A stretch of 64,000 bases of DNA. Origin: Podarcis melisellensis. Taxonomy: Eukaryota. The notes beneath the pieces were generated by a model, which saw only the letters and a list, made by a program, of their open reading frames with translations, was not told the origin of the DNA and searched no databases. Shown here one piece after another: positions 52,509-63,927 of this stretch. Every line of letters starts with the position of its first letter. Positions within the stretch are counted from its first letter, which is position 1. The translations under genes and the position numbers were made by a program. The stretch is from the NCBI GenBank assembly GCA_964234715.1, contig OZ174279.1; one strand, written 5' to 3'.

Positions 52509-53022
52509 GATCATGGCCACTGGTCCCATCGCCTCCTGGCAAATAGAAGGGGAAGAAATGGAGGCAGTGAGAGATTTTACTTTCTTGGGCTCCATGATCA
52601 CTGCAGATGGTGACAGCAGTCACGAAATTAAAAGACGCCTGCTTCTTGGGAGAAAACTAATAACAAACCTAGACAACATCTTAAAAAGCAGAGACATCGC
52701 CTTGCCAACAAAGGTCCGTATAGTTAAAGCTATGGTTTTCCCAGTAGTGATGTATGGAAGTGAGAGCTGGACCATAAAGAAGGCTGATCGCCGAAGAATT
52801 GATGCTTTTGAATTATGGTGCTGGATGAGACTCTTGAGAGACCCATGGACTGCAAGAAGATCAAACCTATCCATTCTGAAGGAAATCAGCCCTGAGTGCT
52901 CACTGGAAGGACAGATCCTGAAGCTGAGGCTCCAATATTTTGGCCACCTCATGAGAAGAGAAGACTCCCTGGAAAAGACCCTGATGTTGGGAAAGATGGA
53001 GGGCACAAGGAGAAGAGGACGA
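52509..53022 (+). mobile_element. BovB (RTE-clade LINE) reverse transcriptase C-terminal fragment
   Basis: Uninterrupted frame [49 protein letters not shown]...YGSESWTIKKADRRRIDAFELWCW...LEKTLMLGKMEG, typical of BovB. Confidence 0.93.
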
Positions 53023-53027
53023 GGGAA

Positions 53028-53326
53028 GTGGTTCGAATCCCTGTGACGGGGTGAGCTCCTGTTGCTCGGTCCCTGCTCCTGCCAACCTAGCAGTTCAAAA
53101 GCACATCAAAGTGCAAGTAAATAAATAGGTACCACTCCGGTGGGAAGGTAAATGGCGTTTCCATGCGCTGCTCTGGTTCGCCAGAAGAGGCTTAGTCATG
53201 CTGGCCACATGCCCTGGAAGCTATACGCCAGCTCCCTCGGCCAGTAAAGCGACATGAGTGCCGCAACCCCAGAGTCATCTGCGACTGGACCTAACAGTCA
53301 GGGGTCCCTTTACCTATACCTTTACC
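53028..53326 (+). mobile_element. Sauria SINE, 5'-truncated, fused to a BovB fragment
   Basis: Starts at GTGGTTCGAATCC, ends GGGGTCCCTTTACCTATACCTTTACC. Confidence 0.9.
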
Positions 53327-53334
53327 CCCAATAT

Positions 53335-53406
53335 GTTGTTGTTGTTGTTTAGTCGTGTCTGACTCTTCGTGACCCCATGGACCAGAGCACGCCAGGCACT
53401 TCTGTC
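53335..53406 (-). mobile_element. BovB 3' end (72 bp)
   Basis: (GTT)n then AGTCGTGTCTGACTCTTCGTGACCCC; perfect TSD TTACCCCCAATAT at 53322-53334 and 53407-53419. Confidence 0.88.
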
Positions 53407-53460
53407 TTACCCCCAATATAGCACCAATGTTTATGAAGCTGGCTTTATAGCAATGCAATA

Positions 53461-53657
53461 AAGTACTTAACCTGAAACTATTCTTAACCTGAAGCACCAC
53501 TTTAACTAATGGGGCATCCTGCTGCTGCCGTGCTGCCGGAGCACGATTTCTGTTCTCATCCTGAAGCAAAGTTCTTAACCTGAAGCAATATTTCTGGGTT
53601 AGCGGAGTAACCTGAAGCGTATGTAACCTGAAGCGTATGTAACCCGAGGTACCACTG
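53461..53657 (-). mobile_element. Tc1/mariner(pogo)-type MITE lacking one TIR
   Basis: Ends GAGGTACCACTG-TA; body matches the 59196 copy. Confidence 0.85.
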
Positions 53658-55860
53658 TATTACATTTTTCTTTTTTGGAAGGTGGGGCAGTATATTATTA
53701 AGAATGTATTTTCAAAAAATGGACATTCAGCAACCATGTGAGTGCATGTGTGTAATTGTTACATCAGCATTAGCCAAGATTCAAGCTAACCTTGGTTCCT
53801 GCTTAACCCAGAATCTGAGACCAAGGTTTGCATCTTGTTTTAAGTGGGAACCTGATGAGATATAACCATGGTTACTGTTACTAGTAGTGCAACAATTTGC
53901 TATATTTAGGCTCTGGAATTCAAGTTCCCAAGGTGGTGTGGGGAAGTAACGTGTTCCGATGTGGTTATGTAACTGGAATGGAAGCATTATTATCTGTGCG
54001 CCAGCCCCTATGTGATGGTAACTTACTGATAGGAATCTACAGGTTCTCTGGTGTCCCATGTTCCTTTCATGTACCTGTTCAAAGGTTCATATCTTACAAG
54101 GAGTAAACGTCAACAGAAAAATTATCAACCACATGGGTATCAACTGAAAATATCAGAAGACAAACTAGCTTAGTGTGTGTCTAGTGAAACAATGTCTTGT
54201 CCTTACTGAAAGGTAAAGGAGCAGGATATTTTTATTATTTGGTAAAAATTAAAGCAAAAATTAAATCATCTTATTATGTAATTGGAACTAGGCCTCAGGC
54301 TTTAGCAGTAAAGAAGGGATTAAGGCCTTCAACCACCTGGGTTGTCATTCTCTTGGGCCCCATTACCACCCCCTTATTCGTTTTTATAGCCAACAGATTA
54401 AAATGCAAGCGCCACAATCTTTGATCTTTCACTTGCTGACACAAATCCTTTCAAGCCTCCAACGTTTTTCTGCTGAGGTAATTAGTACTAATTAAAAGGT
54501 TTCCAACAGCCTTAGCTCTAGGTTTTTTCCCCCTCCAAAGAAATTGCTTTTACAAGTGCCTTCCATCTTTGAAATGTATGCATCGCTCACTTTCTTCTTT
54601 ATCTGACTCAGAGAGATCAAGTAGATTAGTGACTCCATTATTTGCCAAGACAAAGCCAGACAACAAACAGGTTTTCACTATCTCCCTGACCTGTTGAGGT
54701 GCAGGGTTTATATTCAGAAACAAGTGCCTCCGCATGTATTAAAAGACAGTCCAATTATGCATTAACAGACACAAGGCAGGGTTCCTGCATTTAAGCATGG
54801 ACATCATTTAATGATCCACTGTTCTCTTAGAAGGGAGAGAGGCGACTAATCAAACTGACAACTTGCAGAATAAATAATGGAACTGGTTTGTTTTCATTTC
54901 TCTCTCCAGGTGTCTGTTAGGCAGAGTACAAACAAATTTTTTTTAGAAATAAAAAATGGCTTGTTAATGCTTCTTTTCCTTTTTAAAATCAAGTTAAAAT
55001 TGTATCCTTGAGGTAAGTTTACTGATGATGAAAGGCTTCTTTGCAAAGGTTTATAACATCAGCAGCACACACTATGGGAAAAGTATATTGATTATGACTA
55101 AATATTATGGGGAACAAAACACTAGGTTTTATAGGTGATTACACACACACACACCAAAAAAAATCAAACAGCAGTTTACACTGACAGAAGCTTATGTTCT
55201 GATCTTAAGGTTTTTAACTGAACACTCAGTCAATATGGGCGCTGTGTGGCTCATGTTTCTTATGAACCTTCTGCCTACAGTGATAATAATAAATTACACC
55301 TCTTGCAGCAAAAGTGTTTTTCAAATAAGAGGACTTAAAGTTCTCACTTTCTTCTGAATTTGACAGCAACTCTCACTCATGTAGTTTCTTTGGCACGATA
55401 GATCAGGAATCTCACACACAGCTATGAGAGGCGATCTAACATATCATTACGACACAGGGGTCTATTCTGCTTTCACAACACAAGCACAGAGCGCCTGCCA
55501 GCACTAATGGGTGTTGTGCGCATAACCGAAGGGCATAGAGAATACAATGTTCTAAACTGAAGGGATGGAAATGCTTCTAAAGCCAAACCAAGAATAACAT
55601 CTTTAAACTAAAGATTTCCAAAGTCAGATTTCAGCTACTACACTAGCCAGATGTTGGCCTGCAGGAAGACCGCATCTTGAACCATCTGAGATTCACAATA
55701 ATTGCCCTCTGGTTATAGAACAGGAACAGGGAACCAATTATTGCATGGCTGCAGCTTCCATCATCCCTGACCATGGGCCATGGGTGATGGCTGATGGGAA
55801 TTGTAGTCCAACAGCATCTCGAGGGCCACAGGCTCCCCATCCCAGTTCTGGAGTTTGCTT

Positions 55861-56235
55861 AAAAGGTAAAGGTAAAGGACCCCTGACATTTAAGTCCAGT
55901 CACAGATGACTCTGGGGTTGCACTGCTCATCTCGTTTTACAGGCCGAGGGAGCTGGTCTTTGTCCGCAGAGAGCTTTTCCGGGTCATATGGCCAGCATCA
56001 CTAAGCCGGTTCTGGCGAAACCAGAACAGCGCACAGAAACACTGTTTACCTTCCCGCAGGTAAGCGGTACGTATTTATCTACTTGCACTTTTGGGCGTGC
56101 TTTCAAACTGCTAGGTTGGCAGGAGCTGGGACTGAGTAAGGGGAGCTCACTCCATCGCGGGGGTTCAAACCACCAACCTTCTGCTCAGCAAGCCCAAGAG
56201 GCTCAGTGGTTTAGACCACAGCGACATCCACGTCC
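55861..56235 (-). mobile_element. Sauria SINE, full length
   Basis: AAAGGTAAAGGTAAAGGACCCC tail through to head (CCACGTCC on plus strand). Confidence 0.88.
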
Positions 56236-57418
56236 TTGGAGTGTAGCCTTCTTAGACTTCAGCAATTGGTAGGGTGAGCGTTGCTCCTAGAGCAGGGAGG
56301 AAGGAGTCAAATGACACTAAGATTGGTTCAGAGAAAGAGTTTATCCTGCTCTCCGGATAGCAGGAGGCACTGCGTGATAGGTTCACAGCAAGCACAAAAG
56401 CAAGAGAAATTTCACACAGTATATATATCCTCCAGGCACCCTCTTCCCCCTTCCCCAGGAATCCAGCCTTGTACGTTCATACACGTAAGTTGACATCCAT
56501 GAACAGAAACAGATGAAGATTGTCTTTGCATGTATATTTTTAAAGCTTTGCTTTTGAAACTGTAGACATTATAAACACACAAATATTGGGTAAGATCTAC
56601 CCACTAGTTCTCTTATTTTAATTGCCGCAGACTACTCCTGAACCATTAGGGCCCAACTGAATGCTTTGGTAAAGGTGTGGCAGAAGATTCTTTGCTTTCT
56701 GTCAGCGCCCTCGGCTGCTGAACAAACAAACCCCTGGTGCAGTTGGTGCATGGAGGGGGCCAAATTACCGTACCGTCCTCCTTCACATAAATGCTTAACC
56801 TCACATTAAATCTTCCACCCCCTTTCCAAGGAGGGACAGCGGAGAAAGACAGTGGTGATATATATTGGGTCACGGTGTACCTGTAGCAGCAAAACTGGAG
56901 GCCCTCATCTGTGCCACTTGCTAAAAACATGTCTCTCCTGCATCAGTCTCTACAGCCACAGCAGGCACTCTAATATCCAGTGGTTTGCCTTTACTACCAA
57001 AAGGCTCACTCTTCCATCGTCTCCAAAGATAGAAGGATGACAACAAAATTACCATCACATGACCCAAATTAAAAGCTATTATTACCAGTTGGAAAACTTC
57101 CAGAAGGTGGACCAAAAGACCTGCTACCAGTTCCTATTATCACAAATGCTGTTCCTACATATTGCTTCTAGGCTGGTTACATGGAGTGGTGGGTGCCAGC
57201 CCAGGGGGCAACATCTGTCCCAAGGGCCTCCAGTTGCTGGTGTCTATCATGGGATTTTCAGTATTAATACACACATATTTTATCTCACATAAATAGAGTT
57301 CTTATTTGCACAGCCACAGTTATGAGCTGTCATCATAAAATCCCAAAAATTCGATCCATATAGTAAAACTAACAGTAAAAGTAATTATTTCAGTGGGAGA
57401 TCTCCGTGTGTCTGTGTC

Positions 57419-57428
<10 letters not shown>

Positions 57429-57473
<45 letters not shown>
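57429..57473. repeat. (TA)n microsatellite (a second tract at about 57797-57868)
   Basis: Direct reading. Confidence 0.95.
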
Positions 57474-57479
<6 letters not shown>

Positions 57480-57527
57480 TTTGGTGTCCTCGGGTGTCTT
57501 CCCGTGTAAAAGTTGGGGTGTCTAGGC

Positions 57528-57561
57528 GACGTTTCGACGAGGTCTCACTCGTCATCTTCAG
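57528..57561 (-). ncRNA. Minimal type I hammerhead ribozyme core (sense to LRMDA pre-mRNA)
   Basis: Reverse complement reads CTGAAGATGACGAGTGAGACCTCGTCGAAACGTC. Confidence 0.7.
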
Positions 57562-57676
57562 GCTGGTGCTTTCGGCTTCTTGTTACTGGAACAGAGCAGG
57601 ATCTCAACAGTATTTATAGGAACTCAAACACTGAGATCCTGCTCTGTTCCAGTAACAAGAAGCCGAAAGCACCAGC

Positions 57677-57710
57677 CTGAAGATGACGAGTGAGACCTCG
57701 TCGAAACGTC
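57677..57710 (+). ncRNA. Minimal type I hammerhead ribozyme core
   Basis: CTGAAGA-T-GACGAG-tgagac-CTCGTC-GAAAC-GTC: catalytic boxes, 6-bp stem II, palindromic ACGT stem III, GUC cleavage triplet; stem I weak. Confidence 0.7.
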
Positions 57711-57815
57711 GCCTAGACACCCCAACTTTTACACGGGAAGACACCCGAGGACACCAAAACCTGCATTCCTGTACCCGTGAAAATCTACGAAAGCAAATAT
57801 ATATGTATGTATATA

Positions 57816-57871
<56 letters not shown>

Positions 57872-57922
57872 GGTTTTGGTGTCCTCGGGTGTCTTCCCGT
57901 GTAAAAGTTGGGGTGTCTATGC

Positions 57923-57956
57923 GACGTTTCGATGAGGTCTCACTCGTCATCTTCAG
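57923..57956 (-). ncRNA. Minimal hammerhead core with one stem II mismatch (sense to LRMDA pre-mRNA)
   Basis: Reverse complement reads CTGAAGATGACGAGTGAGACCTCATCGAAACGTC (C.A mismatch in stem II). Confidence 0.6.
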
Positions 57957-58070
57957 GCTGGTGCTTTCGGCTTCTTGTTACTGGAACAGAGCAGGATCTC
58001 AGTGTTTTAGTTCCTATAAATACACTGAGATCCTGCTCTGTTCCAGTAACAAGAAGCCGAAAGCACCAGC

Positions 58071-58104
58071 CTGAAGATGACGAGTGAGACCTCGTCGAAA
58101 CGTC
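58071..58104 (+). ncRNA. Minimal type I hammerhead ribozyme core
   Basis: Identical core to 57677-57710. Confidence 0.7.
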
Positions 58105-58169
58105 GCATAGACACCCCAACTTTTACACGGGAAGACACCCGAGGACACCAAAACCTGCATTCCTGTACC

Positions 58170-58302
58170 NNNNNNNNNNNNNNNNNNNNNNNNNNNNNNN
58201 NNNNNNNNNNNNNNNNNNNNNNNNNNNNNNNNNNNNNNNNNNNNNNNNNNNNNNNNNNNNNNNNNNNNNNNNNNNNNNNNNNNNNNNNNNNNNNNNNNNN
58301 NN
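58170..58302. other. Assembly gap (N run) abutting the palindromes
   Basis: 133 N. Confidence 1.
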
Positions 58303-59195
58303 TTATGAAGGAGGAAACCCTGAGCAATGTGTCTCAGCCTCACATTTAGCCATTGAAAAATATCCTGCCAAAGGGTGCATTTTGACAGTGAAAAGATGAA
58401 AAGCGGGTGGGGGGGGGAAGGAGCAGTCTGTCACTTTGTGACATCACACTGCAAGCTGAAGTCGATTGAATATTTACAAAAACCATTCAGAGTTAAGAAT
58501 TTTTACAAAAGACAAAAACAGCCATCCACACACTGCTGCACAACTGTTTTGAAACGTAGGCTGTTTATAAACTGCATACTTTGGGAAAGAATATGCCTAG
58601 CTTACATTTCTCCTGCTTTGTTTAATATCCTCCTGGATAAAGACGTCCGGGGAACTCAAAAGCTTACTAATGACTTTATGTCATTTTTTGTAGGTCAAAT
58701 AAAGGTATTAGGGAGACTATACTATGATTGCACATAATTTGCCAGGGAGTCTTTTAAAGATAGTTGCTTTAAAATTATACATGCAAACAAGGCTCAAGTG
58801 TCAGCAAAATACAAAATGTTTGACAGGAAATTATGCCAGGGCAGAAATGACTGGTCATGTCTAGGAGCACACAGTCCTACTGCTGATATGTGGAAGTGAT
58901 CATTTCCTAGGTGGGGAGACACTGGGACTCCCATCTAATCCACACTGAGCTTTATAAAGGAAGAGCAGGATATAAATATATACAATATATTATGGGAAAT
59001 GTGTCGCTGTCTGTTCTCTTTGGACGCCACCCAATATATTGTTAACAAACTTGTTGTGAGGGTTCCCAAGAAGGGGCAGCAGTTTTCATCTATGTTTGGA
59101 TGCCAGGTGACATTTTGAATCAAGATTGCTGACAAAAATGTTACTTTGGCATGATTTAGCCCATTTTGGGCACAGTTTCGGCACTTCTTCAGATA

Positions 59196-59437
59196 CAGTG
59201 GTACCTTGGGTTACAAACGCTTCAGGTTACATACGCTTCAGGTTACAGACTCCGTTAACCCAGAAATATTGCTTCAGGTTAAGAACTTTGCTTCAGGATG
59301 AGAACAGAAATCGTGCTCCGGCAGCACGGCAGCAGCAGGATGCCCCATTAGTTAAAGTGGTGCTTCAGGTTAAGAATAGTTTCAGGTTAAGTACGGACCT
59401 CCAGCAAGAATTAAGTACTTAACCTGAGGTACCACTG
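59196..59437 (+). mobile_element. Tc1/mariner(pogo)-type MITE
   Basis: TIR CAGTGGTACCT / AGGTACCACTG; TA on both sides. Confidence 0.88.
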
Positions 59438-59892
59438 TACTATAATCAAACTTGACAAGAGGGTTTCCAAGGTGGGCGTGGTGAATTTCTTTGATGATTG
59501 GATGCTGGGTACCATTTTGAATAAAGATGGAGGACCAAAAAGTGACTATTGTGTAACTTCACCTTTTACCTGGTATTACAGGTCTAAAGTACACAGATTT
59601 GAACACCTCTGGAAATATTGTCACTCAGTTTGGCAGGACAGTTCCAATCTGCACCAATTTGAGTGCCTCTCAGTAAGTTTTTACTAAACTCGGCACAAAG
59701 GCTCCTGAGTTGGAGGTGGCAGCCTCTGTCTATATTTGAACACCAGGTACTATTTTGAATCAAGATGGTAGACCAGATTAACGCTTTAAACATTACCCCT
59801 ACCACCACCCACACTGATCCATGCTGGAATTGCTTCAGGATGTTATTATTGGTTTGTTTACCACCCTGGGCTCTTTTTGGGAATAAGGCCAT

Positions 59893-59923
59893 GGTAGTAG
59901 TAGTAGTAGTAATAATAATAATA

Positions 59924-59960
<37 letters not shown>
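59893..59960. repeat. (GTA)n(ATA)n microsatellite
   Basis: Direct reading. Confidence 0.93.
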
Positions 59961-59963
<3 letters not shown>

Positions 59964-62189
59964 CATTGGGCCCCTCCTTCTCCCAACAACTTTGGAACGA
60001 GCCAGAAAAAGGCACTAATGAAGATAATAATGATGATGCCTCTGTACTGCATCCCCCCTCCAACAGCTTCCAAGCAATTCCTGCTGCATGGCATGCAACA
60101 GAACCAAGAAAATGTTGCCATATCCTTCCCTCACCCTTATATTCAGGCAGCAGAGCAAACACAGCAGCAGCAGGACATTATTACTGAATTTCTTCCTTCA
60201 CCTCACTTTTCAAAAAGCCCTTCAAGTGGCTGCCTGCCACATGACTAGCAAGCAGCAAAATGAAAGAACGGCGATTCCCATGATTTCCTCCCTCCACAAC
60301 ACAAAAAAGTAACTTCCTTCCTACTGCTCCACATGGCTGGCGGGCAGCAAAACAAAAACAGCAGCGAACAGGTGGACCCACTGCTTCTTCCCACACTACT
60401 CCACACATGCCCACAGTCCGTAAGCACCACCATAACAGCTGTCTGCTGATTTTGCCCCACAAGGCTACTTTTTTCTCTTCCGTTCTTTACCCCCCCCACT
60501 TACATTCTTCTCTCCCCCCTTTTTTTAATTTAAAAAAAAAACGTTTCATGGACAAGAAAGCTTCTCCCCTCCCCACTTTCAATGAGCTCTTCAATGGGAA
60601 GCAAAGTACCTCAGTCAACACCCTTAATAAACTACAGTTCCCAGAATTCTCTGGGGGAACCTATGACTGCTTCAAGTGGTATGGTATTGCTTTAAATTTA
60701 TAGTGCAGGTAGGGCTTATCGGTCCACCTTTCTCTTAAGATGAATTTGCAAGAGCAAGGCTATCTCTACAGCCGATTACACAGTAGAGCAGCTCCTGCAG
60801 TGTACCATTTCAGTTTGCACACAAGGGATCTGCATACAGTATTCATAAACCCCATGTAACATCTAGACAAAAACATGCACATGGAAAAAAGAGCAGAAGA
60901 TGGAGAATTTTGGATTCTCCATCACCACCAGCCAAAGCCAACACACACACACACACACTCTTCCCCGCCTCCAGCATTCAAACAAGTTATTCCCCAGGCA
61001 CAATCTTAAGTCTTACAACCCATGGACATGATTTTTTACTGTGTTACCTGCCCTTCATGTAGACTATATTGTATCTATATTTAATCCTGCATCAAAAAGC
61101 AATAGAAAACTCTTTTTAAAGAGAAATTAGGTAGGGACTTTTTCACTGGAGACTGAGAAGGAAAATGCCAGCTCCTAGGATCCCCCGCCCCCCAAATAAA
61201 TTACTATACAAAACACAGTTGTAACTTAATCACTGAAAGCATGAAAAATAACAGAAAGGGGGATATTATTGAAAAATATTGTGCTGTGGTGGTGATAGCA
61301 CTAAATCTGAAAGATCACTGTGTGTATTAGTCACTACATTAATGCAGTTAGTGCATTACCAATATCTCTATGAAAAGAACAATTTGTATTTGAGTAAACC
61401 TGAAAACATGGCTTATAAATTTGGCCTTTATTTCAGCAAAAGGAGCATTCCATATAATTTGGGTTGTCTGAATTTTATTGTCAATTACTTTCAGCTTCAA
61501 AAGAATTTCTTTTACCCTGTTATTCTTGCTAATGTAATGATTCTTTAGCAAACACAGGATTTTAGCTTCCTACTATCATTACATCTTTAGGCAGAGAAAT
61601 TGGTGCATGGTCCTGTCCCCCGCTTCCAAGGGTGTTTATTGAAGAAATCATTCTGAAAACAAATTGGAGCCATAACAATAGTAATATCAACCAACGGCGA
61701 TAGCAATTATTTTTAAATAGCATTTAATATGCAGGTAAGATTTTAAAATGCACTTATTTAGATGTGCAGTTGAATATATTGCTTTTATATTTGCAGTGTA
61801 GTGTTTGTTTATTATTAATATAATTCGATTAAATAAATGTTATTTCAGTTTGTTGTAGGGGTTTCATATAAAAAAAAGAGTAAGTATATTTTTCTTAAAC
61901 CAAAGGCTTTGTATTCCTTATCGTGTTTGTCCTTACAGTATCCCTAGAAAAAGAAGTGAGAAGAGACCCTGGAAAGAAAGGGAAAGTTCACTTTGTCCAG
62001 GGTAATCCACTGGCTGAGAAGGGATTTGAAACCCAAAACTCTCAATTCCCAGTATATCCTCTGAATACACTTGTCCTCAAATATGCTAAAAATAGTGGGT
62101 TGTACACCACTCTCTTTGTGCTTTACAAGGAAGAAAAAGTTCTGTCGTGTGTGACATATGCTTATTTGTTCCTATGCATGTTGTCTAAA

Positions 62190-62219
62190 TAACAACAACA
62201 ACAACAACAACAACAACAA
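62190..62219. repeat. (AAC)n microsatellite
   Basis: Direct reading. Confidence 0.92.
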
Positions 62220-63116
62220 TATATGCACCTAAACCATGAAGCAGCCTTGGGCATCTAAAGCGGTACATGTTTCTTTCAAAAACAAAACACGACTTAAGAT
62301 AACGCATCTCAAGGTCAATTGAAGCAGGGGCGCACCAGGAAAGAAGTGTTTAAACTGCGGCAGACTTAACAGCTTAACCAATAAAGCTACTCCAGCCTTC
62401 AGTCAATGGGAATCAAAACAATGATTTCAAACTATTTTATTCAATCTACAGGCAGGATTACTGGGTGATGGGAGCCTTCTCCCCCACCCTTTCTTCTGAT
62501 CTACAGAAGGTAGCCCTTTCTGGGTTTTGTTTTGTTTTGTTTTGTTTAAAAAAGCTTCCTTTTATAAGGAGTTCAATATGCATACTTTTTTTCATGGCTG
62601 CAATCACAAGGATACATATTACATTTTTAAAAATATCTTTTATACTCGTTTTACAGTACTCAAAATCTCTTTCATTTACATTCATTGAAATTCTGCCATT
62701 TAGTAACCATTGATTTCTTTCAGATCCATGGCTAAGACCCCTCAAGTTGCCAAAGAGATCAGCTCAGTAATATAATATTTATATATATATATTGTAAATG
62801 AAGTCATTTGCTGCCATAAGCAGAATAAAGGTAATGACCCAAAATAGGATAAATTGCCACATCAGTCATCATCATTAGGGTTTTCCACCTCTTGAAATAA
62901 TTTGAAAACTGTCAATAAGGGAATTCAAAATAGCACTTCTCCCTTTCTCTCAATCTCTTGCAGCCCCTGCCCTTTCACCCTTGGTTCAGCCTAAGTTCCT
63001 AAAAATAATATTTGGGGTTTTAATAGCTATTAAGACATTGTATAACACGACTTTGATTTTATAGTAAATCGGCCTGAAAAACTGTCGCAACTGTTACACT
63101 CAAATATGTCCTCTGG

Positions 63117-63246
63117 NNNNNNNNNNNNNNNNNNNNNNNNNNNNNNNNNNNNNNNNNNNNNNNNNNNNNNNNNNNNNNNNNNNNNNNNNNNNNNNNNNNN
63201 NNNNNNNNNNNNNNNNNNNNNNNNNNNNNNNNNNNNNNNNNNNNNN
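63117..63246. other. Assembly gap (N run)
   Basis: 130 N. Confidence 1.
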
Positions 63247-63877
63247 CATTGTGTGTCATCCAGAGCCTCCTGCCTAGCAAAGGACACTGAAGCTGGGCAG
63301 CGGCAGGAGCTGCGTCTCAGGCTTTAAGGACTACAGTAAATCTTCAAACAATTTATCCAAACAAAGGCCAGCGTGTAGAGAGGAGAGGGGGGGAAATACA
63401 CGGGAAGCAGATGAATAAGCAACATCAATTATGGGGGGTTGACCTTTCTTGCCCCGCACCATGGCACAGATTTCACACCAAATCGCAGCAGATTGAAGTT
63501 GACATGCCTGGAGTGAACGCAACGGTCTCCACAATGTTGCCACTCTGCATTCACCAGGGCTGCTGAGAAAAGGAGAGGAGGGAGAAAATAATGGGGAGTG
63601 TATGTGTATGTGTGTGTGTGTGTGAATGAAAAATCACACATAATGGTCCTGGGTTTATTTTTACAGAGAGCAAAATAGCTCAATTTGAGCACTTAGACGG
63701 TCGAAATTGGCTCATGTGAGATACAGAAGGTACATCCAAAGGGACAGTTGAATCAAGGTGCCTTGAGCTACGTGGCCAGAAAAAGGGAGAAAAATTAAAC
63801 ACAGTTTTGGACATACATGTGGCTGGTGGATGCAGTAGCATTGAAGAACATAAAGACTACACATTAAAAGTGTTCTG

Positions 63878-63879
<2 letters not shown>

Positions 63880-63926
<47 letters not shown>
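63880..63926. repeat. (ATA)n microsatellite
   Basis: Direct reading. Confidence 0.94.

Positions 63927-63927
<1 letters not shown>

Larger units (their letters stand above)
57478..58169. mobile_element. Penelope-like element terminal-repeat fragments, four copies arranged as two palindromes within (TA)n
   Basis: Arms 57478-57606/57632-57760 and 57867-58005/58022-58160 are reverse complements. Each arm carries CTGAAGA...GAAACGTC. Inverted terminal repeats, a hammerhead core and microsatellite association are typical of Penelope-like elements. Runs into the N-gap. Confidence 0.75.

Noticed and set aside
52507-53046. 179-aa ORF as a host gene
   Set aside because: It is a BovB RT C-terminal fragment running into a SINE; it lacks the endonuclease and RT core.
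57422-58349. Repeated ORFs MTSETSSKRR.. and CMFWCPRVSS..
   Set aside because: Artefacts of the palindromic repeat, (TA)n and the N-gap; no protein-like features.
59584-60187. 192-aa and 140-aa ORFs
   Set aside because: Kept open by trinucleotide microsatellites (poly-L/I/T, poly-N/V); no domain signal.
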